Of a stretch of DNA of 64,000 bases, positions 27,401-39,434 are shown one piece after another. The DNA comes from Basidiobolus meristosporus CBS 931.73 (taxonomy: Eukaryota > Fungi > Basidiobolomycota). The stretch lies in the NCBI GenBank assembly GCA_002104905.1, contig MCFE01000475.1, positions 1 to 64,000 of the forward strand, given 5' to 3'. Under the pieces are notes generated by a model. The model was not told the origin of the DNA, did no database searches, and worked only from the letters and a program-made list of their open reading frames with translations. Each line of letters begins with the position of its first letter. Position 1 is the first letter of the stretch. The translations under genes were made by a program, and so were the position numbers.

Positions 27401-30400
27401 CTCCAGCAAGTCGGTGACCAGTTGGTCCATGATTGCTTCTTTATGCTTTGACTCGTAGGCAGTATCGAAAGTTCCATCGTTTTCGGGATCTTCAAACGTG
27501 GTTGAGAATAACGAGAACCACGCCTCGAAGATGCTCAAACGGGTGACCAAGTGGTCGGTTAATGATATGTCCTGGATTCCATCGGTGAGGAACCTGTAAG
27601 GTTTGGAAGATTTGAAGCTATGGTAGTCGGGATATGCCTCTGAGAATGGGATCTTCTCTTGCTCATTTATGAACCCGAAGCAGAACAAGGAAGCTAGAGC
27701 GTAGCCAACACGAAGCCCAGGCAGCACCTTTCCTCCCTTCCAGGATTCCGTAAACCTCTCGCCAGACCGGGTCAAAGACTCGAATAACTTCTCGTTCCCA
27801 GACGCATTTCCTTTGTGGGCACCTTTTCCTATGGTTCCTTTGAACATGGTTCGTCGCATGAACCGGATCTCATGCTGCATCAGGGTCAGCAACAGTTCGT
27901 GGTATTCATTTGGAGCATCGATGATTTGGTTGACTAGTAGCCTAGGAGTTTCAGGAAGGATGGGGAAGATCTCGGACGCTTCGAACTTTGCCAAACAAGA
28001 AATCACTGCCTTCTGCAGATCTTTGGGCAAGATCTTCCCTTCTTCTTCTGGGAAGATCAGAGGTTTGATGTAGTCGGATAATAAAGTGCTCTTGAAAAGG
28101 ACAAAATCCTCGCTTCCTGTGGAGCCATCGACACCGGTGTAAGTTTGGGTGGAGATCTCGTTTTCCTCTGCTAAACATCCACTTACCATCACTTTGCTTG
28201 GCAACTATGGAGTAGAATCCTGCAAGCTGGATTAGGACCAACCTGTCGGTCGTCTCCATCGCTTTTTTCGCTATCGGCAACAGGAGCACATTCCAAACTG
28301 ACACAGAAATCATCAATAACGCCACCAATTATTCGGCCAAATGCCAAACCATACCTGGCCTGGTCTCCGCGACGCCGGCTTGGATACATTCGTTGATGGT
28401 GGCCAGAGCGAGGCTCAAGCTTTGCGAGCTCAGTTTGGCGAATTGGACCAACGAGGAAACCATGGGGAAGATTTCGTGGCCATGCTCGTGGCCTTTGTGC
28501 TTGCATATGTCGCTGTCAACAACCGAATATCAGTACGCAACAAATCGATGTGTATGTAGCGGGGATCTACCTCATTGTCGCCAGAGCGGCGATTTCTATT
28601 TCGTATTTGGGATCGGTGCTCTCAATGGTTTTGCCTCCAGTAGCCATTTGCTTGCGCTGCTTTGTCCACTCGCTTAGAACATTTCTGAGCGATCTCCACA
28701 CCCGTGGCTGGCGTCGCCACAACGCGTAAACTCCGCGGATGCCTACAGCGTAGAGCGTGTTGTATCCGGCAATGCCTTTCTGAACAATGGTCATCGAGAC
28801 CTGGACGATCTTCGAGATCACAAAAGGATCGCCCGATTCAACTAGACGGGGGAAGCAGTGATGGATTATATGGGCCTCGACCTCTGGATACTTCTGATTC
28901 CGCATGACGTAGAGCAGTATCGGGAGTATTCCGAGAGTTCCAGGTTTGGGCGCATGAGTGGTGACCAAGGCTGAAAGACCCTTCACGCGGGTGCTCTGGT
29001 CTGGATGAAATGCAAATGGCACCGCGCAAAACCCGCTGACATTTGACAGATGAAAAGCCTCTGAGCTACTGGTTGAAATCAAAAGATTCTCGACACTCGA
29101 GCTCGTGTATAGCTGGGAAAGCTCAACTGTGATCCCGTTAAGATAAGCCATTATCCCTCTGATGTTAAGCTTCTGCGCCTTATCTCTGGACTTCTGGATT
29201 TCTTCTGCGACTTGCTCGGTATTGGCAGCGTGCTCAAGCGTTTCGATGCTATGAAGAAGCTGGACAGCCTTGTCTTTCAACGTGTCCAGAGTCCCCTCAG
29301 TTAGCACTTGAATGAGTGGGAACCTGGCAGTATTGCAGACAAAGGGGACACGTATCAGTCCGTCTTCGGAGCTTTCCAGCAACGAAGCAAGCATATAGAG
29401 CAAAATCTCCTGGTGATCGGATGACGGAGCATCAAGGAGCAAGTAGCTCACTATGGGAAACAAGAGATTGAAATACGTGGCCATAAGAGAGACTATCTTC
29501 ATGTCATACTCCATCAACTGTCGGATCTGGGAGAGCAGGGACAATGTGGACAGCCCATCGTAGCTCATGCTACAGATCGTAGCAAAAGTTTCGATGACGA
29601 ACTCGATTCCAAGTGTCTGGAATGCCTTTTCCTTGTTTTCCCGGATCTCTTCCAGCAACAGTTGCACGAACAAATCCGTGACAAGGTAACGCAAGTTATC
29701 CAACTTCACTCTGGGCGTAGGGATTCGACGGAGCACGTCGACCAAGTATCGAAGGATGTAACCCCGGTCCACTTCATGGTCCAAACGATATGTTCTGATT
29801 AACACATTGACCATGGTTACTCGCCAGCTCTGGAAACTGTCGTTCTCACTCAGCAGCACGAAATCAATAAACGGCTTGATTAACTCGAAGCCAGAGTAGA
29901 GTTTTGTCCGGCGCTCCAGATCAGTCCCGGAGTAAGCCTGCTTCTTGAGGATGTGCTCAACTCCCGAGAGGATCGAGTCCCACGTTTCCTCCTTGGCGCT
30001 AGCCACCACGATGAGTGGATGGGTCTTGCCTCTAGAGGAGCTTACTGTGAATGGTGAGGAGAGGAAATCTTTGGGTGAGCCGGCTTGTCCACTCTCGACA
30101 TAAAACACAAAGAGCTCGAACAGGGCTTTCACCGCGTTATCGAGCTGAATCTTCGACATGGTATCTAGGGCGCCCACAAATCCATTCACCGAATCGAACC
30201 AACCAAGGACGCCCTTTTTGGTCAGCAAAATAAGCGAAGAGGCTGCCGCCGAGGTGGTAATAGCTGAGGCCTTGGAGGAGGCGACACATTCCCATAATAA
30301 TGAAATGGACAGCTGGGTTTTCTGGTCTGTAAACGTGGGAGAGGCCAAAGTCAAGCGATTGGGGGCGTTGATTCGAGAGCCCAAGCATTGCTCCAGCAAT

Positions 30401-30474
30401 TTCCGAATGCTCTGAAGCTGCACTCCCCTGTGGGGTGAATACAGTCGTCGCTGGTATTCTAACTTGAAGTCCAT
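24451..30474 (-). CDS. Large multi-exon helical-repeat protein, focadhesin/RST1 (DUF3730)-like
   Basis: Consecutive minus-strand ORFs (28567-30498, 27278-28204, 26950-27276, 26540-27010, 25976-26470, 25492-25953, 24662-25363) separated by short GT-AG introns. The motif ALWRRQPRVW..EIAALATMR followed by HGHEIFPMV recalls DUF3730. ATG at 30474, TGA at 24451. Confidence 0.75.
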
Positions 30475-30749
30475 GCGTATCGGTTTGTGGAATATCAAGC
30501 TGGGCTATGGTCAGCTGCAGGATATTCAGTGCTTCGTGCTAGCCAAATCAAAAACCGGGGCGCCAAACGGCTCCCCCATACGTAATGTGGTTGAAATTTA
30601 TTTACTCAAGAAAACATATTGCAAATCGCCATTTATGTTCATGCTGCTTGGGGGCTGATGTGGATTTTAAGCATGTATAGAGACATGACAGGCTTGACCA
30701 TTTTTACACCATCGGTCCCTCGATGAGGGCAATCGATTGGGAGTGGGAT

Positions 30750-31694
30750 CTAGACCATGCTGGGAGTAGTGTACATGGAGTCCCATTGGGAATCGAAAAT
30801 CATGAATCTGTACCACAAAAACCAGATAAAAATGGTGGACGCGTGCCATAGCGAGTGAGCGTCGAATACTTCGAAGATGGGCGGGAAATCAAACAACTCA
30901 AGAGACACGGCAACACTGATGAGTAGGCCACACTTCAATGGCTCCCAGCGGTACGGGTGGTTGGGATTGACCACGCACCAGTAGCCCCAGGTGATATTCT
31001 GCAGAATCCCAACGATCACGTTCGCCCACATGTTGTAAGTGTAATCAAAGCTCCAGAACGACAGATACGAGATGTGTAGCAGATACGGAATCAGCAACAA
31101 CCCACCCAGTCGAATCTGGTTTTTCCTATCGCGCACGTGATTGATTCTTAGTAATGCTACATAGAGTCCGTACATAACGGTCAAGGCTGCGGAGAAGTAG
31201 TCGAATTTCTCGGTGACCGGGGTATCTCTGGTGTGAAACACTGCCGACCATAGCCAGGTGTTCACCCCCACCACCACGAACATGTAGTAGAATCTTTTCA
31301 GGAAGTATCCCTCTGGCACTTCGGACTTGATCACCTTCCAGTGACGCCAGTGTGCCCACCCGTTCAAAATGCTAAACGCCACACTGGCCGGCTCCTGCAT
31401 GCCCAGGAACCGGACGAACGGCCATTTCCCATAATACTGTACAACCGGTTGGCCCGCCTCTCGGGTCCTCTGGGTGATCTCCCGCATGCAGGTATATTTA
31501 CAATTGCTTTCACAGCTCCAGAAGGTCAAGCGCAACGAAAGGGGAAGGGTAGGGTTCGCCGCACAGGTGGTTCCGTTACACCTATCCAGACAGGCGAGGA
31601 ATTCGGGCTCCGTGTCGCCGTAGCCTTCGGCGGACACTGGAATCACTAGTAACAACAGTCCGAGCAACAAGCGGGTTGACCAAGCGCGCGTCAT
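30750..31694 (-). CDS. PER1: Per1/PGAP3 GPI-anchor remodelling protein, intronless
   Basis: Signal peptide, Cys-rich lumenal domain, WSCESNCKYTCM, QYYGKWPFVRFLGMQEPASVAFS, WSAVFHTRD, EKFDYFSA, ELFDFPP, DAHSLWH. Confidence 0.96.
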   Translation of the reverse strand: MTRAWSTRLLLGLLLLVIPVSAEGYGDTEPEFLACLDRCNGTTCAANPTLPLSLRLTFWSCESNCKYTCMREITQRTREAGQPVVQYYGKWPFVRFLGMQEPASVAFSILNGWAHWRHWKVIKSEVPEGYFLKRFYYMFVVVGVNTWLWSAVFHTRDTPVTEKFDYFSAALTVMYGLYVALLRINHVRDRKNQIRLGGLLLIPYLLHISYLSFWSFDYTYNMWANVIVGILQNITWGYWCVVNPNHPYRWEPLKCGLLISVAVSLELFDFPPIFEVFDAHSLWHASTIFIWFLWYRFMIFDSQWDSMYTTPSMV

Positions 31695-32098
31695 TTCGAA
31701 GACACTGACATACACTTGGCTCGCAGGCCCTCCGAGCGCTTATATATATGCATTTAGCCGACGCCGAAAATCCTTTTCTGCGGTGTATTAGCCAAGGATT
31801 TACCCGAACCCAATGGGATGGCCCTCCTGCCATTTTGGTCAAAAGGTGGGAATCAATTCGGAAGTGAGGCCAGATGCACAATTTCCTGGCAAATCAATTA
31901 GTCCAACCCGGCTGAAGACGATCATTTAAGCAGAGTCGGGACTTGCGTCATTGCCAACCATGGAGATACTTTTCATACTTTAATAAACTTGTAAATTAAA
32001 CAGAGAAAAATTCAACGTTATAGCAAGAGGGGGCTGATGAGATGGGATGAGTGCGTGTGATGAAAAAGATCAGATAAACCAAAGGCTTGGTGGGCGGT

Positions 32099-33526
32099 TT
32101 ATTGTTGCTTGCATTCTTGTGGCTTTTCGTTCGACTGAGTCTCCTCGTCACTACCTTCATCGGAGTCAAGCCCTTCTTCATCATCGGTGGTGTCGTCGTA
32201 AAACTCCTCCTCGGCGTAATCCATACCAAAGTCCTCGTACTGTAATGCCTTACCAGTGAACCAGTCAATGGCGTGCGGGATGATCTTTTCCTTGAACTCC
32301 TCTCCCAACTCGTAGTCCGCCTCCAGTCTCTCGCTGAGCTCACGCTCCTCGGCCTCGGAGATGTTGGTCACATCAGGAACAACGATGGGTGTGAAGAAGT
32401 TAAAGAAGGTATCGGCCTGGACTGTTCTTTTCACCACACGGGTTTGGTTGGTTCCCTTGTGCTTCTGCTTCTTGGACTCCACAGTGGTGCTTAGGTCCTT
32501 TCCTTCCTTCCATTGGATTTCGGTGCTAAACAGTGCGATCGTTAGTGGCCATCGGTGGTGTACTTGGGGCCATGGTTAGCTTACCCTTCGGCATGGTCGA
32601 AGACCAAATCACCGCTGCTGGCGGACTCCTGGTAGAAGTAGGATTTGACAAGCACCTTGTTGGTGAAATACTCGTTTTCTTCAAAATCAAACTCCAACTT
32701 GAAGCCCTATAAACCACGTCAGAGAGTGAACAGTCACCAAACGCCGCTCATTACACAACTTACGGGGTTATTTTCAAGGTATCCCAATCGTACATCGACC
32801 AAGTGTTTCAGTACGCCCTCGTCTTTGGCGCTGATCAATTCGGCAAGATGTACGTGATTCTTTAATACAGTGAGCCAGAAGGAAGGCACTCCCTTGGTTG
32901 GGCCTTGCTCCGATTCATCTTCACCATCTTCCAGATCTTCGGTAAGCTCTTCATCAGCCTGCTTACCAGACTCCACCTCCTCTTCGGTTGGCTCTGCACC
33001 ACCGGTAACGAATTCCTGTCTCTTCTGGTAGAGAGGGCGGTAGAGCTCCAGGTATTTCTTTTCAAGCTCCAGGATCTCCTCGTGGAACTTCAACTCAAGC
33101 TCTGCGTGTTTAGACTAGAAAGAAAAGGTCCACTTGAGTACCAGGGAAGGGCCCATCCAACACCTCAGCATGAAACCTACTTGGAGATGCTTAAGACCGT
33201 AAATCCGACGCTTCACGTCGACAGGGAGGTTCTTGATGTTCTGTGCACTCTCCTCAGCAAACGAGCCCAACTTGCCCTGGAGGTTCTGAAAGAGTTGCTG
33301 GTCGCCACTAGAATCCGCCTCCTCGTCTAGCTTGGATAAACTAGGTGGTCTCATGGAGGAATTTATTGGGGCGAAGACGCTGGGTGTGTTGTTGGGGGTG
33401 GGTGCTGTCCAGTCAGAATTCCTGGATTTGACTTTGATATCAACTAGGGATAAACGAGAGGTCAGTCAGACAGGCGAAGCCAGGAGGGAGGGGAAGGGAG
33501 GCGAGATTACCTGGTTTATGGTCCAT
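32099..33526 (-). CDS. NAP1: Nucleosome assembly protein 1, multi-exon
   Basis: [70 protein letters not shown], acidic tail, KPQECKQQ end. Confidence 0.96.
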
Positions 33527-34253
33527 GATGTTCCCTCGAGAGAATAGATTAAAAGGTGCGTGCGAAATTTACAAGAGTAGGTTGTGAGGATGAAACAAAA
33601 AAGCCCTAAAGAAAGTCTTTGTCAAGGAAACCTCCAAAATGGAAAAATAAAGTGGTGAAAAATTGGGTGCAGAAATTGGGTAGGTTTTTTCCGTTAAAAA
33701 AATCCGGTCAGGGTGTGGGTTAAGGTGTATGAGAGGGAGCGGGAGAGGGTGAGGGTGAGTACGTGCGATAGGTTACCATTCGATTCCAGTGGATGATGAA
33801 TGATGGATGTTATCTTACTAATGGTCCTCCATGATTGGTCGCCCAGCGTTCTCGGTATTTTCTGTGGGTTAACATCGACTTCTTGGGAACGTCCTCTGAC
33901 TGGTGGATTTCAAGTAGCACATCTATACAAAATACCCGTGAAAACGTTGGAATCCGTAAATAGGCTTTCCTGATTGGCTGACAGTAGATGAGAATAACTT
34001 GGTCAGGAATTGATGGCGTGCGTACTGAAACTGTGGACCAATTTGTTGCAGCAACGGAGATGAGGGTTAGGGTTAGGAGTGCCTTTCCTGAGTTAGTGAG
34101 TGTTTATTTCGTTCCAGATCACTTTGTTTATAATCATGATTTGTTTGATTTGAAAGCCTGAGATGATACTAGGTTGGGTTGGGTTGGGTTGGTGGGTGAG
34201 AGGGTAAATATGAGGAGTAGGGGACTAAGGAAAGATCAGGCTTGACACTCTGA

Positions 34254-36581
34254 TTACATGCTCTTGGCGTCCTTGAGCCTCCACATGCTGGCCGGAAGCG
34301 CTATTCAACAACATAGTTAGTAACCTGGGTGCTAAAAGGATGCGTCTGTGATAATACCTTCTATGGAACGAATCTGTCGAATAATGTATCCAAATAGGAG
34401 GGCGGCCCCGATAACCACACTAAGGGTACTGACAAGGTAATAACCATCCACCGAAGTGGCGCAGGTTCCTAACTGCTTAGTACATTGCTCTTTGGCAACC
34501 TCGGCCACGCAGGAGAATGCTTTGGACAATCCGGGTCAGAATGGGTGGTGTGGTTAATTTCGCAAAGGAGAGTTCTTACTGGTGTTGTCAGGCAGGGTGC
34601 ATGTGGCCTCGGTAAAATAATCCACTGCCTCCAAAACGAAGAATTTAGGCCAAGTCCCCCCGAGGTTACTGATGGTGTTCAAAAGCTGGAACGAATGGGT
34701 TAGTAGTTCCCTCGGTTTCGGAAGGTAACTCACTTACCGTCATGTATGTACCACCGATTGCTGGATCAGAGATCGACGTGATAAAGGCCGAAATGCTCAC
34801 AAATTGAACAGTGCTGATAACCAGAGGCTTAGCGGGGGACCCTGCTCGATCAATCGATACCTGTGAACTTACCTCGCAAACGAACTTAAAACCGTTGACG
34901 TAATGACAACAGCAAGATAGGAGTTGGTGACTCCCTCCGATGGGAATATGTAAACAATCCACATTCCAATGCTAGCGAATACCAGACGCATGTAAAATGC
35001 ATACAGCCACTGAATGCGGGTTGGGATTAGCTACCATCTCGATCCAGATCAAGTGGAATGGACTTACTGGCTTTAGCGGCCGAGGTCCGTTACTCCATTT
35101 TGCGGCATAGTAGCCGAACACTATTTGGAATGGGAAATCAATTAACACAGCCAGTGCAAGGTCTTCCTTGTTGAATCCCTTCTCCAGGAGCTTCAATCCT
35201 GTCACTGCGTCGTTGGCGATGAAGCCGATCTTGGCAATGAGCAAGATGGCTAGGAACCTCTTCATATCTGGATTTCGCAATTAAGGATAACTTCAACAAC
35301 ATGCAGGTTCACATTGATATTGGCGGTGAATCAAAGGATACGAGGAAGGGAGCAGATGCTTATCATGGTGCGGTAGACCGACTTGACATCCGTATGCTCG
35401 TCGTTTTCTTCATGCGACGGTTCCTGAATTTTTACCTTAGCCAATGACTTTGACTAGAATGGATGAAGCCTGAAACCTACCTCCTTTTTGACAACTATAA
35501 GCCACAACGTAACCACGAGGTACATAGCAGCCCAGAATGTAAAGTACCCGCCAAGTGAGATGGCTCCAACATCCTCAGGGATGGTGCGGATATACTTGTT
35601 GCTAAACAGAATCCGTTAGCTTCACCGTAGGTATGCATAATTCGCGCGCCGTGTCCGATTTACCAGAACTCTGGAGAGTTCAGCGCAAGAAAAACGGTGA
35701 ACGAGAGGAAATAGCCGGTGTTCAATCCGATGGTTTGGGAAGTAGAAGCGTAAGACAGGTTTTCCTTCGACAACAAGGTCAGAGCCCACCCTAACATATG
35801 AGCAGGGTTACATCCAAAATTAATTCCAACCATACGCGAAATCTCATGCACCAACCATCTACAGCAATATCTATATTATCGAACGAAAAGGGTGATTAGC
35901 TCGGGGAATCTTTGTCAGTGGGAAAGCTTCGGACACAAACCTTGAGTAGCGCACAATAAGATCAGCGAGAAGAAAATGGCGGTAAGGCCGTATACTTTGA
36001 CTTCATCCTAAGGTAGGTTCGCAGTGCCCGTTAATATCACCTAACTCGCGAGTTAACCCCGATAGAATTGGCTACTGTACCACGTCGTTCATCAAGCCGT
36101 CTATGTTGGCACCTAACCAGAAGAACATTGCACTGGTAATGAGCTGAATTGGGACAATCCACGTCTTTCTTCTTCCAATGGTTTTAGAGTAGATCGAGTC
36201 CACAAAAGGTGACCAAAGCAACTTCAAACTGTATGGGTATCCAGCGAGGGAAAAGATGCCAATCTGGGAGTAGCTCATTTTGGACTTTAGTAGGAAAGGA
36301 ATACTTCCGAGGGTAAGGCCCACTGGGATGCCTTGCAATAAATCTAGGCCGGCATGGGTTAGCGAGTCAAAATCAGTGTGGGGGAGAAGCATACGGACAC
36401 CATTCTACGTACAGAGGATTATTAAAAGCGTGATGTTTCCGGCATCATTTTGTTTTCTAGGCTGGCTTTTTTCCGGAGGAAAGGAGTTTCCTAGCTCCGA
36501 GAGAGACTCCACCTGGTTATCTCTGTCGCCCAGACCTTTAACCTCCACCCAACCGGAAGGTTTTGTGGAATCGATCGACAT
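34254..36581 (-). CDS. ER acetyl-CoA transporter (AT-1/SLC33A1 family), multi-exon
   Basis: LLQGIPVGLTLGSIPFLL, YPYSLKLLWSPFVD, GRRKTWIVPIQ, WALTLLSKENLSYAST, DPAIGGTYMT, DGYY. Start 36581 and stop 34254 were derived by manual splicing. Confidence 0.93.
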
Positions 36582-37230
36582 GAAAGTATTGGCTGTGCCG
36601 TGCTACGGTAACTGCTAACAGGAGGAAGAGTGTGGTAAGAGAAAATCCTTGTTCAAACCTTATCAAGTATGCACGATAGGGGTTAGAACACGACTGCTAT
36701 ATTTGAATGAAATGCGGGTTATATCCGAAGTATCCAATGCCGCCGTAGAATTGGTATATTATCCCGTCAGTGGATGGAGTCGCTCCAAATGATCACTGGA
36801 AATTGTATCGTTTGTGCCGTATATCAACAACTTGACCAATGGTCGCCCAACACGCTCAAACCGAATTTGCCTTCGGCCTCCCCTCGCGAGACCATCAGAT
36901 GATTAGTAATCTGGCTATCTGCCTGGCCACCCAACCACCCCTCAAACAAATTCTAACCCGCACTCCGGCGAAGGCAGCCTAATCTAACTAACATTCAACA
37001 TTAGTGAAAGCAAACTGACTAACAGTGAAGGCAAACTAAATAAATCTCGGGTGATTTCCTAACGATCGACTCAAGCCAATGATAATTCCACTCGAAAAAA
37101 AAACTTTCCCATCTGGGTCACGTGGTACGTGGGGACGTCCTGCTGCCGTTGGGTTATGAGTTCAAGGAATTTGCCAGTGGCGGGTTCTTTCTCTCGTTTC
37201 TTTCGTGACCAAAGTATCCTCTTCCTCAAG
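36582..37230. promoter_or_regulatory. Divergent promoter region shared by the acetyl-CoA transporter and RPL36
   Basis: Head-to-head gene starts. Contains GTCACGTG (bHLH E-box-like) at 37117-37124. Confidence 0.5.
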
Positions 37231-37641
37231 ATGGCCGTCACCCAAAGATCTGGTATTATCGTTGGTTCCAACAAGGGTCACATCACCACCCGTCGTGAAT
37301 TGAAGGTCAAGCCTTCCCACAAGAAGGGCGTAAGTAGCATTTCCAAATCCAAGCCATTTCGTTGGATGGATTCCAAGCCAACGATGGATATCTTTCGTAA
37401 TCCCCGATGCTGACCGACCCATTCCTAGGTTGCTTCCAAGCGTGTCAAGTTCGTTCGCGAGATCGTCCGTGAAGTCGCCGGTTTCGCTCCCTATGAGCGC
37501 CGTATTCTCGAACTTCTGAAGAACTCCAAGGATAAGCGTGCCCGTAAGCTCGCCAAGAAGAGACTTGGTACCTTCATCCGTGCCAAGGCCAAGGTCGAAG
37601 AAATGTCCAATGTCATTGCTGAATCTCGTCGTGCCCATTAA
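37231..37641 (+). CDS. RPL36: 60S ribosomal protein L36 (eL36)
   Basis: [23 protein letters not shown]|[59 protein letters not shown]. Intron 37330-37428. Confidence 0.97.
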
Positions 37642-38279
37642 GTTTCCTCTTGATTCACCACATATTCTTGGGCCAAAGGTCGCTTAGTCGAGACCTCTCA
37701 CCGACGTGAGTCTTCTTGCTCTATTCGTGTTCCCTTTGGCCAAAATGAAGTCTACTTTGATACGTCTTTGTATTTGAAGTATTTCTTTCAAATAAATCGA
37801 TGTCGTACATATGTTTTGTCTCAGTGAACCGGTGTTAGACCTGGGCAACTTACCCCAGTATCAATCATCTGGTCATGATCTCCGGATTGTTTGTTTATCT
37901 TACCACCCCCAAACAATCACAATTCCTGGATCACGTATCCCTGTCTTTCACTTAGGGTGGCTTAGCATTTCACTCCACTGTAGCTAAGCCACTAAACCAC
38001 TGCGAACGTTTCGTTGAATTGAATCATACAGAAAGTATGGTCAATAAGGAAAACTTACTGGTCGTCTCTCCTGATTAGCATCTGAATTGGTGGCTGATGA
38101 AGCGCCTGGCGATACATCATCACATCACGTCAATATATGCCATCTAACTCTCTGGTACACCATATGTCGCCATGCATTCGACCGGATTTTCTATAAATGT
38201 TAACCCCACCACCACTCAGTCGACATCTTCAAGCTACTGCAGCTTTCAGAAACCCCAGTTTCCTCTCCACCAGTAAAGT

Positions 38280-39434
38280 ATGAGTTATCACAATATTGGC
38301 CGTAATGTTTCTCGCGGAGATCAGGGCCGTCAAGAGATGGAAGAGCGCTATGGTCTTGGAAAAGGCTATGAACGCGAGAGAAGAACCGGTAAAGAAATGA
38401 ATGAGGGTTACGATCAAGATGAAATGTATGGCCGTCATGGTGGTCAGCATCGTCCTTATGGCCGTCATTATAACGATGAAGATGATATGGAATATGGTCG
38501 TGGTCACATGGGCCAAAGGTACGGCCGTCGATATGATGAAGACATGGACTACGGCCGTGGCCGCATGGGTCAAAGGTATGGTCGCCGCTATGATGAAGAC
38601 ATGGAGTATGGTCGTGGTCGCATGGGTCAAAGGTACGGTCGTCGCTACGACGAAGACATGGAATATGGCCGTGGTCGCATGGGCCAAAGGTATGGTCGCC
38701 GTTATGATGAAGACATGGAGTATGGCCGTGGCCATATGGGTCAAAGGTATGGCCGTCGATATGATGATGAAGACATGGAGTATGGCCGTGGTCGCATGGG
38801 TCAAAGGTATGGTCGCCGCTACGACGAAGACATGGAATATGGCCGTGGTCATATGGGTCAAAGATATGGTCGTCGATATGATGATGAAGATATGGAGTAT
38901 GGCCGTGGTCGCATGGGCCAAAGATATGGTCGTCGCTACGACGAAGACATGGAATATGGCCGTGGCCATATGGGTCAAAGATATGGTCGTCGATATGACG
39001 ATGAAGATATGGAGTACGGCCGTGGTCGCATGGGCCAAAGATACGGTCGTCGCTACGACGAAGACATGGAATATGGCCGTGGTCGCATGGGACAAAGGTA
39101 TGGCCGCCGTTATGACGAAGACATGGAATATGGTCGTGGTCACATGGGACAAAGATACGGCGGTCGTTATGATGAAGACGAGGGGATGGAGTATGGCCGT
39201 GGTCGCATGGGCAACAAATTTGACCATGGCTTCGACAATGACATGGAATATGGTCGTGGTCATATGGGACAAAGATATGGTCGCCATTATGATGAAGACG
39301 AGGAGATGAAGTATGGCCGTGGCCGCATGGGCCAGAGATATGGCAGTCATTTTGACGAAGGCATGGAATACGGTCGTGGCGGTATGAGTCAGAGATATGG
39401 CCGCCACTACGGCGGAAGAATGGGCTACGAGTAA
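38280..39434 (+). CDS. Unknown 384-aa Arg/Gly/Tyr/Asp-rich tandem-repeat protein
   Basis: Sixteen 19-21-aa units YGRG(R/H)MGQRYGRRYD(D)EDME from 38493. TATAAA at 38192. Units differ mostly at third codon positions. Confidence 0.85.
   Translation: MSYHNIGRNVSRGDQGRQEMEERYGLGKGYERERRTGKEMNEGYDQDEMYGRHGGQHRPYGRHYNDEDDMEYGRGHMGQRYGRRYDEDMDYGRGRMGQRYGRRYDEDMEYGRGRMGQRYGRRYDEDMEYGRGRMGQRYGRRYDEDMEYGRGHMGQRYGRRYDDEDMEYGRGRMGQRYGRRYDEDMEYGRGHMGQRYGRRYDDEDMEYGRGRMGQRYGRRYDEDMEYGRGHMGQRYGRRYDDEDMEYGRGRMGQRYGRRYDEDMEYGRGRMGQRYGRRYDEDMEYGRGHMGQRYGGRYDEDEGMEYGRGRMGNKFDHGFDNDMEYGRGHMGQRYGRHYDEDEEMKYGRGRMGQRYGSHFDEGMEYGRGGMSQRYGRHYGGRMGYE

Noticed and set aside
34062-34200. TTAGGG-like doublet and (GGGTT)n tract with G-quadruplex potential
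   Set aside because: Too short for an interstitial telomere; a simple microsatellite with no further support.
19707-36581. Six co-oriented genes including lipase, ERG6, PER1 and the acetyl-CoA transporter as a lipid/ER cluster
   Set aside because: They are interspersed with unrelated housekeeping genes and no shared pathway or motif is evident.
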